The notes under the pieces were generated by a model. That model saw nothing but the letters and a program-made list of their open reading frames with translations. It was not told the DNA's origin and searched no databases. This document shows positions 1-15,000 of a DNA stretch of 64,000 nt, one piece after another. Both the position numbers and the translations under genes were made by a program. The DNA is taken from assembly GCA_964016885.1 (NCBI GenBank), contig OZ024742.1, positions 288,672,001 through 288,736,000 of the forward strand. Reading direction: 5' to 3'. The number at the start of each line of letters is the position of its first letter. Positions within the stretch are counted from its first letter, which is position 1. Origin of the DNA: Eledone cirrhosa (lineage: Eukaryota).

Positions 1-3000
1 ACTGTAGTGATATAATTAGTCTACTATGGGGATATAATTGGTCGAGTGTGGGGATATAATTGTTCTACTGTGGGGATATAATTGGTTTAGTGTGGGGAAA
101 TAATTGGTCTACTGTGGGGATAAAATTGCTCTACTGTGGGGATATAATTGGTCTAATGTGGGGTATAATTTTTGCTACTTTGGGATATAATTGGTCTAGT
201 GTGGGATTATAATTGGTCTACTGTGGGGATATAATTGGTCTACTGTGGGGATATCACAGTGATCGAGTGTGGTGTATAATTTGTCTACTGTAGGGATATA
301 ATTGATCGAGTGTGGGGATATAGTTGGTCAAGTGTGGGGTATAATTTGTCTACTGTGGGGATATAATTGGTCTACTGTGGGGGTATAATTGGTCTAGTAT
401 GGGGATATAGTTGGTCGAGTGTGGGGATATAATTGGTCTACTGTGGGAATATAATTGGTCTAGTATGGGGACATAATTGGTCGAGTATGGGGATATAATT
501 GGTCTATTGTGGGGATGTAATTGGTCTAGTATGGGGACATAATTGGTCTAGTATGGGGACATAATTGGTCGAGTATGGGGATATAATTGGTCTATTGTGG
601 GCATATAATTGGTCTATTGTGGGGATATAATTGGTGTACTGTGGGGATGTAATTGGTCTACTGTGGGGATATCATTGGTCTAGTATGGGTACATAATTGG
701 TCGAGTCTGGGCATATAATTGGTCTGCTGTGGGGATATAATTGGTCAAGTGTGGGGATGTAATTGGTCTACTGTGGGGATGTAATTGGTCTACTGTGGGG
801 ATATAATTGGTTGAGTGTGGGGATATAATTGTTCTACTGTGGGGATATAATTGGTCTACTGTGGGGATATAATTGGTTGAGTGTGGGGATATAATTGTTC
901 TACTGTGGGGATATAATTGGTTGAGTGTGGAAATATAATTGGCCTTCTGTCGGGATATAATTGGTCTACTGTGGGGGTATAATTGGTCTAGTATGGGGAT
1001 ATAATTGGTCGAGTGTGGGGATTTAATTGCTCTACTGTGGGGATATAATTGGTCTAATGTGGGGTATAATTTGTCTACTGTGGGGATATAATTGGTCTTC
1101 TGTGGGGATATAATTGGTCTACTGTGGGGATATTACTGGTCTACTGTGGGGTATAATTTGTCTACTGTGTGGATATAATTGGTCTAGTGTGGGGATATAA
1201 TTGGTCGAGTGTGGCGGTATAATTTGTCTAGTATGGGGATATAATTGGTTAGTGTGGGGATATAATTGGTCGAGTGTGGGGATATAATTGGTCTAGTATG
1301 GGGACATAATTGGTCGGGTGTGGGGATATGATTGGTCTACTGTAGGGATATAATTGGTCTACTGTGGGGATATAATTGGTCTACTGTGGGGATATAATTG
1401 ATCTACTGTCGGGATATAATTGGTCTAGTATGGGGACATAATTGGTCGAGTATGGGGATATAATTGGTCTATTGTGGGCATATAATTGGTCTACTGTGGG
1501 GATATAATTGGTCTATTGTAGGGATATAATTGTTCTACTGTGGGGATTAAATTGGTCTAGTGTGGGGATATAATTGGTCTACTGTGGGGATATAATTGTT
1601 CTAGTGTGTGGATATAATTGGTCTACTGTGGGGATATAATTGGTATAGTGTGGGGATATAATTGGTCTACTGTGGGGATATTATTGGTCTAGTGTGGGGA
1701 TATAATTGGTCTAGTGTGGGGATTTAATTGCTCTACTGTGGGGATATAATTGGTCTAATGTGGGGTATAGTTTGTCTATTATGGGGATATAAGTGGTCTA
1801 GTGTGGGGATATAACTGGTCTATTGTGGGGATATAGTTGGTCAAGTGTGGGGTATAATTTGTCTACTGTGGGGATATAATTGGTGCACTGTGGGGTATAA
1901 TTGGTCTAGTATGGGGATATAGTTGGTCGAGTGTGGGGATATAATTGGTCTATTGTGGGGATGTAATTACTCGAGCGTCGAAATATAATTGGCTTACTGT
2001 CGGGATATAATTGGTCTACTGTGGTGGGGATATAATTGGTCTAGTGTGGGGATTTAATTGCTCTACTGTGGGGATATAATTGGACTAATGTGGGGTATAA
2101 TTTGTCTACTGTGGGGATATAATTGGTCTAGTGTGGGGATATAATTGGTCTACTGTGGGGATATAACTGGTCTGCTGTGGGGATATAGTTGGTCAAGTGT
2201 GGGGTATAAGTTGTCTACTGTGGGGATATAATTGTTCTAGTGTGCGGATAAAATAGGTCTAGTGTGGGGATATAATTGGTCTATTGTGAGGATATAATTC
2301 GTCTACTGTGGGGATATTATTGGTCTAGTGTGGGGAAATAATTGGTCTACTGTGGTGGGGATATAATTGGTCTAGTGTGGGGATATAATTGGTCTACTGT
2401 GGGGATATAATTAGGGTACTGTGGGGATATAACTGGTCTGCTGTGGGGATATAGTTGGTCAAGTGTGGGGTATAATTTGTCTACTGTGGGGATATAATTG
2501 TTCTAGTGTGCGGATAAAATAGGTCTAGTGTGGGGATATAATTGGTCTATTGTGAGGATATAATTCGTCTGCTGTGGGGATATTATTGGTCTAGTGTGGG
2601 GAAATAATTGGTCTACTGTGGTGGGGATATAATTGGTCTAGTGGGGGCATTTAATTGCTCTACTGTGGGCATTTAATTGCTCTACTGTGGGGATATAATT
2701 GGTCTAATGTGGGGTATAATTTGTCTACTGTGGGGATATAATTGGTCTAGTGTGGGGATATAATTGGTCTACAGTGGGGATATAATTGGTCTACTGTGGG
2801 GATATAACTGGTCTACTGTGGGGATATAGTTGGTCAAGTTTGGGGTATAATTTGTCTACTGTGGGGATATAATTGGTCTAGTATGGGGATATAGTTTGTC
2901 GAGTTTGCGGATATAATTGGTCTACTGTGGGGATATAATTGGTCTAGTATGGGGACATAATTGGTCGAGTATGGGCATATAATTGGTCTATTGTGGGGAT

Positions 3001-6000
3001 GTAATTGCTCGAGTGTGGAAATATAATTGGCTTACTGTCGGGATATAATTGGTCTACTGTGGGGATATAATTGGTCTACTGTGGGGATATAATTGTTCTA
3101 GTGTGTGGATATAATTGGTCTAGTGTGCGGATATAATTGGTCTATTATGGGGACATAATTGGTCGAGTGTAGGGATATAATTGGTCAAGTGTGGGGATGT
3201 AATTGGTCTACTGTGGGAATGTAATTGGTCTAGTGTGAGGATATAATTGGTCTAGTGTGGGGATATAATTGGTCTAGTATGGGGATATAATTGGTCGAGT
3301 GTGGGCATATAATTGGTCTGTAGTGTGGATATAATTGTTCTAGTATGGGGATATAATTAGTCGTGTGTGGGGATATGATTGGTCTACTGTGGGGATATAA
3401 TTGGTCTAATGTATGGATATAACTGGTCTACTGTGGGGATATAGTTGGTCAAGTGTGGGGTATAATTTGTCTACTGTGGGGATAAAATTAGTCTAGTGTG
3501 GGGATATAATTGGTCTACTGTTCAGATATAATTGGTCTACTCTGGGGACATAATTGGTCGAGTGTAGGGATATAATATGTCAAGTGTGGGGATGTAATTG
3601 GTCTAGTGTAGGGATATAATTAGTCTACAGTGGGGATATAATTGGTCGAGTGTGGGGATATTGTTCCACTGTGGGGATATAATTGGTAGAGTGTGGGTGT
3701 ATAATTGGTCTACTGTGGGGATATAGTTGGTCGAGTGTGGAAATATAATTGGCCTTCTGTCGGGATATAATTGGTCTAGTATGGGGATATAATTGGTCGA
3801 GTATGAGCATATAATTGGTCGAGTGTGGGGATATAAATGGTCTAGTATGGGGATATAATTGGTCTACTGTTCAGATATAATTGGTCCACTGTGGGGATAT
3901 AATAGGTCTGCTGCGGTGATTTAATTGCTCTACTTTGGGGACATAATTGATCGAGTGTAGGGATATAATATGTCAAGTGTGGGGATGTAATTGGTCTAGT
4001 GTGGGGATATAATTAGTCTACAGTGGGGATATAATTGGTCGAGTGCGGGGATATAATTGGTAGAGTGTGGGTGTATAATTGGTCTACTGTCGGGATATAA
4101 TTGGTCTACTATGGGGGTATAATTGGTCTAGTATGGGGATATAATTGGTCGAGTATGAGCATATAATTGGTCGAGTGTGGGGATATAAATGGTCTAGTGT
4201 GGTGATATAATTGCTCTACTGTGAGGATATAATTGGTCTACTGTGGGGATTTAATTGGTCGAGTGTGGGGATATAATTTGTCTACTGTAGGGATATAATT
4301 GGTCTACTGTGGGGATATAATTGGTCTATTGTGGGGATTTAATTGCTCTACTGTAGGTATATAATTGCTCGAGTGTGGGGATATAATTGGTCTAGTGTGG
4401 GGTATACTTTGTCTACTGTGCGAATATAATTGTTCTAGTGTGGGGATATAATTGGTCTACTGTGGGGATATTATTGGTCTAGTGTGGGGAAATAATTGGT
4501 CTACCGTGAGGATATAACTGGTCTACTGTGGGGATGTAGTTGGTCAAGTGTGGGGTATAATTTGTCTACTGTGGGGATATAATTGGTCTACTGTGGGGGT
4601 ATAATTGGTCTAGTATGGGGATATAGTTGGTCGAGTGTGGGGATATAATTGGTCTACTGTGGGGGTATAATTGGTCTACTGTGGGGATATAATTGGTCTA
4701 ATATGGGGATTTAATTGCTCTACTGTGGGGATATAATTAGTTGAGTATGGGGATATAATTGGTCTACTGTGGGGATAGAATTGGTCTACTGTGGGGATTT
4801 AATTGCTCTACTGTGGGGATATAGTTGGTCTACTGTGGGGTATAATTGGTCTGCTGTGGGGATATAATTGATCTTGTGTGGGGATATAATTGGTCTACTG
4901 CGGGGATGTAATTGGTCTAGTGTGGGGATATAATTGGTCGAGTGTGGCGGTATAATTTGTCTAGTATGGGGAAATAATTGGTCTAGTGTGGGGATATAAT
5001 TGGTCTAGTATGGGGACATAATTGGTCGAGTGTGGGGATATGATTGGTCTAGTGTGGGTATATAATTAGTCTACTGTGGGGATATATTTGGTCTACTGTG
5101 GGGATATAATTGGTCGAGTGTGGGGCTATAATTGTTCTGCTGTGGGTATATAATTGGTCTAGTGTGGGGTATAATTTGTCTACTGTGCGTATAAAACTGG
5201 TCTACTGTGGGGATTTAATTGATCTACTGTGGGGATGTAATTGGTCGAGTGTGGGGACATAATTTGTCGAGTGTGGGGATATAATTGGTCGAGTGTGGGG
5301 ATACAATTGGTCGTGTGTGGCGATATAATTGGTCTAGTGTGGGGATTTAATTGCTCTACTGTGGGGATATAATTGGTCTACTGTGGGGATTTAATTGGTC
5401 TAGTATGGGGTATACTTTGTCTACTGTAGAGATATAATTGGTCTACTGTGGGGATATAATTGTTTTAGTGTGGGGATATAATTGGTCTACTGTGGGGATA
5501 TAATTGGTCTAGTATGGGGACATAATTGGTCGAGTATGGGGATATAATTGGTCTATTGTGGGGATGTAATTGGTCTAGTATGGGTACATAATTGGTCGAG
5601 TCTGGGCATATAATTGGTCTGCTGATGGGATATAATTGGTCAAGTGTGGGGATGTAATTGGTCTAGTGTGGGGATATAATTGTTCTGTTGTGGGGATATA
5701 ATTGGTCGAGTGTGGGGGTGGGTATAATTGGTCTAGTATGGGCATATAATTGGTCAAGTGTGGGCATATGATTGGTCTGCTGTGCGGATATAATTGTTCT
5801 AGTATGGGGACATAATTAGTCGAGTGTGGGGATATAACTGGTCTACTGTGGGGATATAGTTGGTCAAGTGTGGGGATATAGTTGGTCTACTGTGTGGGTA
5901 TAATTGTTCTAGTAAGGGGATATAATTGGTCGAGTGTGGGGATATTATTGGTCTACTGTGGGGATATAATTGGTCGAGTATGGGGATATAATTGGTCTAG

Positions 6001-9000
6001 TGTGGGGATATAATTGGTCTAGTATGGGGACATAATTGGTTGGGTGTGGGGATATAATTGGTCTACTATCGGGATATAATTGGTCTAGTGTGGGGTATAA
6101 TTTGTCTACAGTGCGGATATAACTGGTCTACTGCGGGGATATAATTAATCTACTGTGGGGATGTAATTGGTCTAGTGTGGGGATATAATTGTTCTAGTGT
6201 GGGAATATAATTGGTCTACTGTGGGGATATAATTGTTCTAGTGTGCGGATAAAATTGGTCTAGTGTGGGGATATAATTGGTCTACTGTGGGGATATTATT
6301 GGTCTAGTGTGGAGAAATAATTGGTCTACTGTGGGGATAAAATTGGTCTATTGTGAGAATATAATTCGTCTACTGTGGGGATATTATTGGTCTAGTGTGG
6401 GGAAATAATTGCTCTACTGTGGGGATATAATTGGTCTAATGTGGGGTATAATTTGTCTATTGTGGGAATATAAGTGTATGGGGATATAGTTGGTCGAGTG
6501 TGGGGATATAATTGGTCTACTGTGGTGGGGGTATAATTGGTCTACTGTGGGGATTTAATTGGTCTAGTGTGGGGTATACTTTGTCTACTGTGGGGATATA
6601 ATTTTTCTAGTGTGGGGATATAATTGGTCTACTGTGGGGATATAATTGGTCTACTGTGGGGATATAATTGGTCTAGTGTGGGGATATAATTAGTCTATTG
6701 TGAAGATATAATTGGTCTACTGTGGGGAAATAATTGGTCTAGTGTGGGGATTTCATTGCTCTAATGTGGGGTATAATTTGTCTACCGTGGGGATATAATT
6801 GGTCTAGTGTGGGGATATAATTGGTCTACTCTGGGGATATAATTGGTCTGCTGTGGGGATATAACTGGTCTACTGTGGGGATGTAGTTGGTCAAGTGTGG
6901 GGACATAATTTGTCTACTGTGGGGATATAATTGGTCTAGTATGGGTACATAATTGGTCGAGTCTGGGCATATAATTGGTCTCCTGTGGGGATGTAATTGG
7001 TCCACTGTGGGGATTTAATTGGTCTAGTGTGGGGATATAATTAGTCTACTGTGGAGATATAATTGGTTTACTGTGGGGATATAATTGGTCTACTGTGATG
7101 ATATAATTGGTCTGCTGTGGGATATAATTGGTCTTGAGTGGGGATACTATTCGTCTACTGTGGGGATATAATTGGTCTAGTGTGGGGATTTAATTGATCT
7201 AGTGTGGCGGTATAATTTGTCTAGTATGGGGATATAATTGGTCTAGTGTGGGGATATAATTGGTCGAGTGTGGGGATATAATTGATCTAGTATGGGGACA
7301 TAATTGGTCGAGTGTGGGGATATAATTGGTCTACTCTGGGGATATAATTGGTCTACTGTGGGGATATAATTGGTCTGCTGTGGGGATATAATTTGTCTAC
7401 TGTGTGGATATAACTGTTCTACTGTGGGGATATAATTGGTCTACTGTAGGGATATAATTAGTCTACTGTGGGGGATATAATTGTTCTAGTGTGCGGATAA
7501 AATTGGTCTAGTGTGAGGACATATTTTGTCTATTGTGAGGATATAATTGGTCTACTGTGGGGATATTATTGGTCTAGTGTGGGGAAATAATTGGTCTACT
7601 ATGGGGATTTAATTGTTCTACTGTGGGGATATAATTGGTCTAATGTGGGGTATAATTTGTCTACTGTGGGGATATAATTGGTCTAGTGTGGGGATATAAT
7701 TGGTCCACTGTGGGGATAAAATTGGTCTATTGTGAGAATATAATTCGTCTACTGTGGGGATATTATTGGTCTAGTGTGGGGAAATAATTGGTCTACTGTG
7801 GTGGGGATATAATTGGTCTAGTGTGGGGATTTAATTTCTCTACTGTGGTTATTTAATTGCTCTACTGTGGGGATATAATTGGTCTAGTGTGGGGATATAA
7901 TTGGTCTACTGTGGGGATATAATTGGTCTAGTGTGGGGATATAATTGGTCTACTGTGGGGATATTATTGGTCTACTGTGGGGATGTAATTGGTCGAGTGT
8001 GGAAATATAATTGGCCTACTGTCAGGATATAATTGGTCTACTGTGGGGGTATAATTGGTCTAGTATGGGGATATAATTGGTCGAGTGTGGGGATATAATT
8101 GGTCTGCTGTGGTGACCTAATTTGTCTACTGTGGGGATATAATTGTTCTAATTTGGGGAAATAATTGGTCTAGTGTTGGGATATAATTGTTCTAGTGTGC
8201 AGATAAAATTGCTCTACTGTGGGGATATAATTTGTCTAATGTGGGGTATAATTTGTCTACTGTGGGGATATAATTGGTCTAGTTTGGGGATATAATTGGT
8301 CTACTGTGGGGATATAATTGGTCTGCTGTGGGGATATAACTGGTCTACTGTGGGGATGTAGTTGGTCAAGTGTGGGGACATAATTTGTCTACTGTGGGGA
8401 TATAATTGGTCTAGTATGGGTACATAATTGGTCGAGTCTGGGCATATAATTGGACTACTGTGGGGATGTAATTGGTCCACTGTGGGGATTTAATTGGTCT
8501 AGTGTGGGGATATAATTAGTCTACTGTGGAGATATAATTGGTTTACTGTGGGGATATAATTGGTCTACTGTGACGATATAATTGGTCTGCTGTGGGATAT
8601 AATTGGTCTTGAGTGGGGATACTATTGGTCTACTGTGGGGATATAATTGGTCTGCTGTGGGGATATAATTTGTCTACTGTGTGGATATAACTGGTCTACT
8701 GTGGGGATATAATTGGTCTACTGTAGGGATATAATTAGTCTACTGTGGGGATATAATTGTTCTAGTGTGCGGATAAAATTGGTCTAGTGTGAGGACATAT
8801 TTTGTCTATTGTGAGGATATAATTGGTCTACTGTGGGGATATTATTGGTCTAGTGTGGGGAAATAATTGGTCTACTATGGGGATTTAATTGTTCTACTGT
8901 GGGGATATAATTGGTCTAATGTGGGGTATAATTTGTCTACTGTGGGGATATAATTGGTCTAGTGTGGGGATATAATTGGTCTACTGTGGGGATAAAATTG

Positions 9001-12000
9001 GTCTATTGTGAGAATATAATTCGTCTACTGTGGGGATATTATTGGTCTAGTGTGGGGAAATAATTGGTCTACTGTGGTGGGGATATAATTGGTCTAGTGT
9101 GGGGATTTAATTTCTCTACTGTGGTTATTTAATTGCTCTACTGTGGGGATATAATTGGTCTAGTGTGGGGATATAATTGGTCTACTGTGGGGATATAATT
9201 GGTCTAGTGTGGGGATGTAATTGGTCTACTGTGGGGATATTATTGGTCTACTGTGGGGATGTAATTGGTTGAGTGTGGAAATATAATTGGCCTACTGTCA
9301 GGATATAATTGGTCTACTGTGGGGGTATAATTGGTCTAGTATGGGGATATAATTGGTCGAGTGTGGGGATATAATTGGTCTGCTGTGGGGACCTAATTTG
9401 TCGACTGGGGATATAAATGGTCTAGTGTGGGGATATAATTGGTCTACTGTGGGATATTCTTGGTCTACTGTGGGGATATAATTGCCCTACTGTGGGGGAT
9501 ATAATTGGTCTACTATGGGGATATAATTGGTCGAGTGTGGGGATATAATTGGTTGTGTGTTGCCATATAATTGGTCTACTGTGGTGGGGGTATAATTGGT
9601 CTAGTATGGGGATGTAGTTGGTCAAGTGTGGGGACATAATTTGTCTACTGTGGGGATATAATTGGTCTAGTATGGGTACATAATTGGTCGAGTCTGGGCA
9701 TATAATTGGTCTACTGTGGGGATTTAATTGGTCTAGTGTGGGGATATAATTAGTCTACTGTGGAGATATAATTCGTTTACTGTGGGGATATAATTGGTCT
9801 ACTGTGATGATATAATTGGTCTGCTGTGGGGATATAATTGGTCGAGTGTGGGGATATAATTGGTCTAGTAATGGGACATAATTGGTCGAGTGTGGGGATA
9901 TGATTGGTCTACTGCGGGGATATAATTGGTCTACTCTGGGGATATAATTTCTCTACTGTGGGGATATAATTGGTCTGCTGTGGGGATATAATTTGTCTAC
10001 TGTGTGGATATAACTGGTCTACTGTGGGGATGTAATTGTTCGGGTGTGGGGACATAATTTTTCTACTGTAGGGATGTAATTGGTCGAGTGTGGGGATATA
10101 GTTGGTCGAGTGTGGGGATGTAATTGGTCTACTGTGGGGGATATAATTGGTCTACTGTGGGGATGTAATTAGTCTACTGTGGAGATATAATTGGTCTACT
10201 GTGGGGATATAATTGGTCTACTGTGGGGATATAATTGGTCTACTGTGGGGATGTAATTAGTCTACTGTGGAGATATAATTGGTCTACTGTGGGGATATAA
10301 TTGGTCTACTGTGGGGATATAATTGGTCTACTGTGGGGATATAATTAGTCTACTGTGGAGATATAATTGGTCTACTGTGGGGATATAATTAGTCTACTGT
10401 GGAGATATAATTGGTCTACTGTGGGGATATAATTGGTCTACTGTGGGGATGTAATTAGTCTACTGTGGAGATATAATTGGTCTGCTGTGGGGATATAATT
10501 GGTCGTGTGTGGTGATATAATTTGTCTACTGTGGTGGGGATTTAATTGCTCTACTGTGGGGATATAATTGGTCTACTGTGGGGATTTAATTGGTCTAGTG
10601 TTGGGTATTCTTTGTCTACTGTGGGGATATAATTGTTCTAGTGTGGGGATATAATTGGTCTACTGTGGGGATATAATTGCTCTACTGTGGGGATATAATT
10701 GTTCTAGTGTGCGGATAAAAGTGGTCTAGTGTGGGGATATAATCGGTCTATTGTGAGGATATAATTGGTCTACTGTGGGGATATTATTGGTCTAGTGTGG
10801 GGAAATAATTGGTCTACTGTGGGGATTTAATTGCTCTACTGTGGGGATACAATTGGTTTAATGTGGGGTATAATTTGTCTACTGTGGGGATATAATTGGT
10901 TTACTGTGGGGGTATAATTGGTCTAGTATGGGGATATAGTTGGTCGAGTGTGGGGATATAATTGGTCTTTTGTGGGGATGTAATTGGTCGAGTGTGGAAA
11001 TATTATTGGCCTACTGTCGGGATATAATTGTTCTACTGTGGGGGTATAATTGGTTTAGTATGGGGATATAATTGGTCTAGAGTGGGGGATATAATTGGTC
11101 TACTGTGGGGACATAATTTGTCTACTGTGGGGATATAATTGGTCTACTGTGGGGATATAATTGGTCTACTGTCGGGATGTAATTGCTCTACTGTGGGGAT
11201 ATAATTGATCTAGTGTGGGGATATAATTGGTCTACTGTGGGGATATAATTGCTCGAGTGTGGGGATATAATTGGTCTACTGTGGGGATATAATTGGTTGA
11301 ATATGTGATATAATTGGGCTACTGTGGGGATATAATTGGTCTAGTGTGTGGATATAATTGGTCTAGTGTGCGGATATAATTGGTCTAGTGTGGGGATTTA
11401 ATTGCTCTACTGTGGGGATATAATTGGTCCTCTGTGGGGATTTAATTGCTCTACTGTGGGGATATAATTTGTCCTCTGTGGGGATATAATTGGTCTAGTG
11501 TAGGGTATAATTTGTCTACTGTGGGGATATAATTGTTCTACTGGGGAATATAATTGGCCGAGTGTTGGGATATAATTGGTCTACTGTGGGGATATAATTG
11601 GTCTAGTATGGGGATATAATTGGTCAACTGTGGGGATATAATTGGTCTACTGTAGGGATATATTTGTTCTAGTGTGCGGATATAATTGGTCTATTCTGAG
11701 GATATAATTGGTCTAGTATGGGGACATAATTTGTCGAGTGTGGGGATATAATTGGTCTATTGTGGGGATGTAATTGGTCGAGTGTGGAAATATAATAAGC
11801 CTTCTGTGGGGGTATAATTGGTCTAGTATGGGGATATAATTGGTCGAGTGTGGGGATATAATTGGTCTATTGTGGGTATATTATTGTTCTAGTATGGGGA
11901 CATAATTGGTCGAGTGTGGGGATATGATTGGTCTACTGTGGGGATATAATTGGTCTACTGTGGGGATATAATCGTTCTAGTGTGGGGATATAATTGGTCT

Positions 12001-15000
12001 AGTGTGGGGATATGATTGCTCTTCTGTGGGTATATAATTGGTATACTGTGGGGATATAATTGGTATACTGTGGGGATATATTTGTTCTAGTGTGCGGATA
12101 TCAGTGGTCTACTGTGGGGATATAATTGGTCTAGTGTGGGGTATAATTTCTCTACTGTGCGGATATAATTGGTCTACTGTGGGGATATAATGGGTCTACT
12201 ATGGGGATACAACTTGTCTACTGTGGGGATATAGTTGGTCAAGTGTGGGATATATTTGGTCTACGGTGGGGGTATAATTGGTCGAGTATGGGGATATAAT
12301 TGGTCCAATGAGGATATAGAATTGACCTACTGTCGGGATATAATTGGTCTACTGTGAGGGTGTAATTGGTCTGCTGTGGGTATATAATTGGTCGAGTTTG
12401 GGGGTATAATCGGTCTACTGTGGGGATATTTTTGGTCGAGTGTGGGCATATAATTGGTCTTCTGTTGGGATGTAATTGGTCTACTGTGGGGATATAATTG
12501 CTCGAGTGTGGGGATATAATTGGTCTACTGTGGGGATATAATTGGTTGAATGTGTGATATAATTGGTCTACTGTGAGGATATAATTGGTCTACTGTGTGG
12601 ATATAATTGGTCTAGTGTGCGGATATAATTGGTCTGGTGTGGGGAAATAATTGGTCTACTGTGGGGATATAATTGGTCCTCTGTGGGGATATAATTGGTC
12701 TAGTGTAGGGTATAATTTGTCGAGTGTGGGGATATAATTGTTCTACTGGGGGATATAATTGGTCGAGTGTTGGGATATAATTGGTCTACTGTGGGGATAT
12801 AATTGGTCTACTGTGGGGATATAACTGGTCTAATGGGGGATATAATTGGTCTAGTGTGGGGTATAATTTGTCTACTGTGGGGATATAATTGGTCTACTGT
12901 GGGGATATAATCGTTCTAGTGTGGGGATATAATTGGTCTACCGTGGGGATATAATGGGTCTACTCTGGGGATATAATTAGTCGAGTGTGGGGATATAATT
13001 GGTCTGCTGTGGGGATATAATTGTTCTAGTATGGGGACATAATTGGTCGAGTGTGGGGAGATGATTGGTCTACTGTTGGGATATAATTAGTGTACTGTGG
13101 GGATATAATTGGCCTAGTATGGGGACATAATTGGTCGAGTGTGGGGATATAAATGGTCTACTGTGGGGATATAATTGATCTACTGTGGGGATATAATTGG
13201 TCTAGTGTGGGGTGTAATTTGTCTGCTGTGGGGATATAATTGGTCTACTGTGGTGGGGATATAATTGGTCAAGTGTGGGGATATTATTGGTCTAGTGTGG
13301 GGATATAATTGGTCAAGTGTGGGGATATAATTGGTCGAGTGTCGGGACATTATTGGTCGAGTGTGGGGATATAATTGGTCTACTATGGGGATATAATTGG
13401 TCTACTGTGGGGATATAATTGGTCTACTCTGGGTATATAATTGGTCTACTGTGGGGATATAATTGGTCTACTGTGGGGATGTAATTGGTCTACTGTGGGG
13501 ATATAATTGGTCTACTGTGGGGATATAATTGGTCTACTCTGGGGATATAATTAGTCTACTCTGGGGATATAATTGGTCGAGTGTGGGGATATAATTGTTC
13601 TACTGTAGGGATATAATTGGTCGAGTGTAGGGATATAATTGGTCTACTGTGGTGGGGATATAATTGGTCAAGTGTGGGGATATTATTGGTCTAATGTGGG
13701 GATATTATTGTCTAGTGTGGGGATATAATTGGTCTACTGTGGGGATTTAATTGCACTACTGTGGGGATATAATTGGTCTACTGTGGGAATATAATTGGTC
13801 GAGTGTGGGGATTTAATAGGTCTACTGTTGGGATATAATTGGTCTGCTGTGGGGGTATAATTGGTCTAGTATGGGGACATAATTGGTCGAGTGTGGGGAT
13901 ATAATTGGTCTAATGTGGTGGGGATATAATTGGTCGAGTGTGGGGATATAATTGGTCTACTGTGGGGATATAATTGGTCTACTGTGGGGATGTAGTTGGT
14001 CAAGTGTGGGGTATAATTTGTCTACTGTGGGGATATAATTGGTCTACTGTGGGGGTATAATTGGTCTAGTATGGGGATATAGTTGGTCGAGTGTGGGGAT
14101 ATAATTGGTCTACTGTGGGGGTATAATTGGTCTACTGTGGGGATATAATTGGTCTAATATGGGGATTTAATTGCTCTACTGTGGGGATATAATTAGTTGA
14201 GTATGGGGATATAATTGGTCTAGTGTGGGGATAGAATTGGTCTACTGTGGGGATTTAATTGCTCTACTGTGGGGATATAGTTGGTCTACTGTGGGGTATA
14301 ATTGGTCTGCTGTGGGGATATAATTGATCTTGTGTGGGGATATAATTGGTCTACTGCGGGGATGTAATTGGTCTAGTGTGGGGATATAATTGGTCGAGTG
14401 TGGCGGTATAATTTGTCTAGTATGGGGAAATAATTGGTCTAGTGTGGGGATATAATTGGTCTAGTATGGGGACATAATTGGTCGAGTGTGGGGATATGAT
14501 TGGTCTAGTGTGGGTATATAATTAGTCTACTGTGGGGATATATTTGGTCTACTGTGGGGATATAATTGGTCGAGTGTGGGGCTATAATTGTTCTGCTGTG
14601 GGTATATAATTGGTCTAGTGTGGGGTATAATTTGTCTACTGTGCGTATAAAACTGGTCTACTGTGGGGATTTAATTGATCTACTGTGGGGATGTAATTGG
14701 TCGAGTGTGGGGACATAATTTGTCGAGTGTGGGGATATAATTGGTCGAGTGTGGGGATACAATTGGTCGTGTGTGGCGATATAATTGGTCTAGTGTGGGG
14801 ATTTAATTGCTCTACTGTGGGGATATAATTGGTCTACTGTGGGGATTTAATTGGTCTAGTATGGGGTATACTTTGTCTACTGTAGAGATATAATTGGTCT
14901 ACTGTGGGGATATAATTGTTTTAGTGTGGGGATATAATTGGTCTACTGTGGGGATATAATTGGTCTAGTATGGGGACATAATTGGTCGAGTATGGGGATA

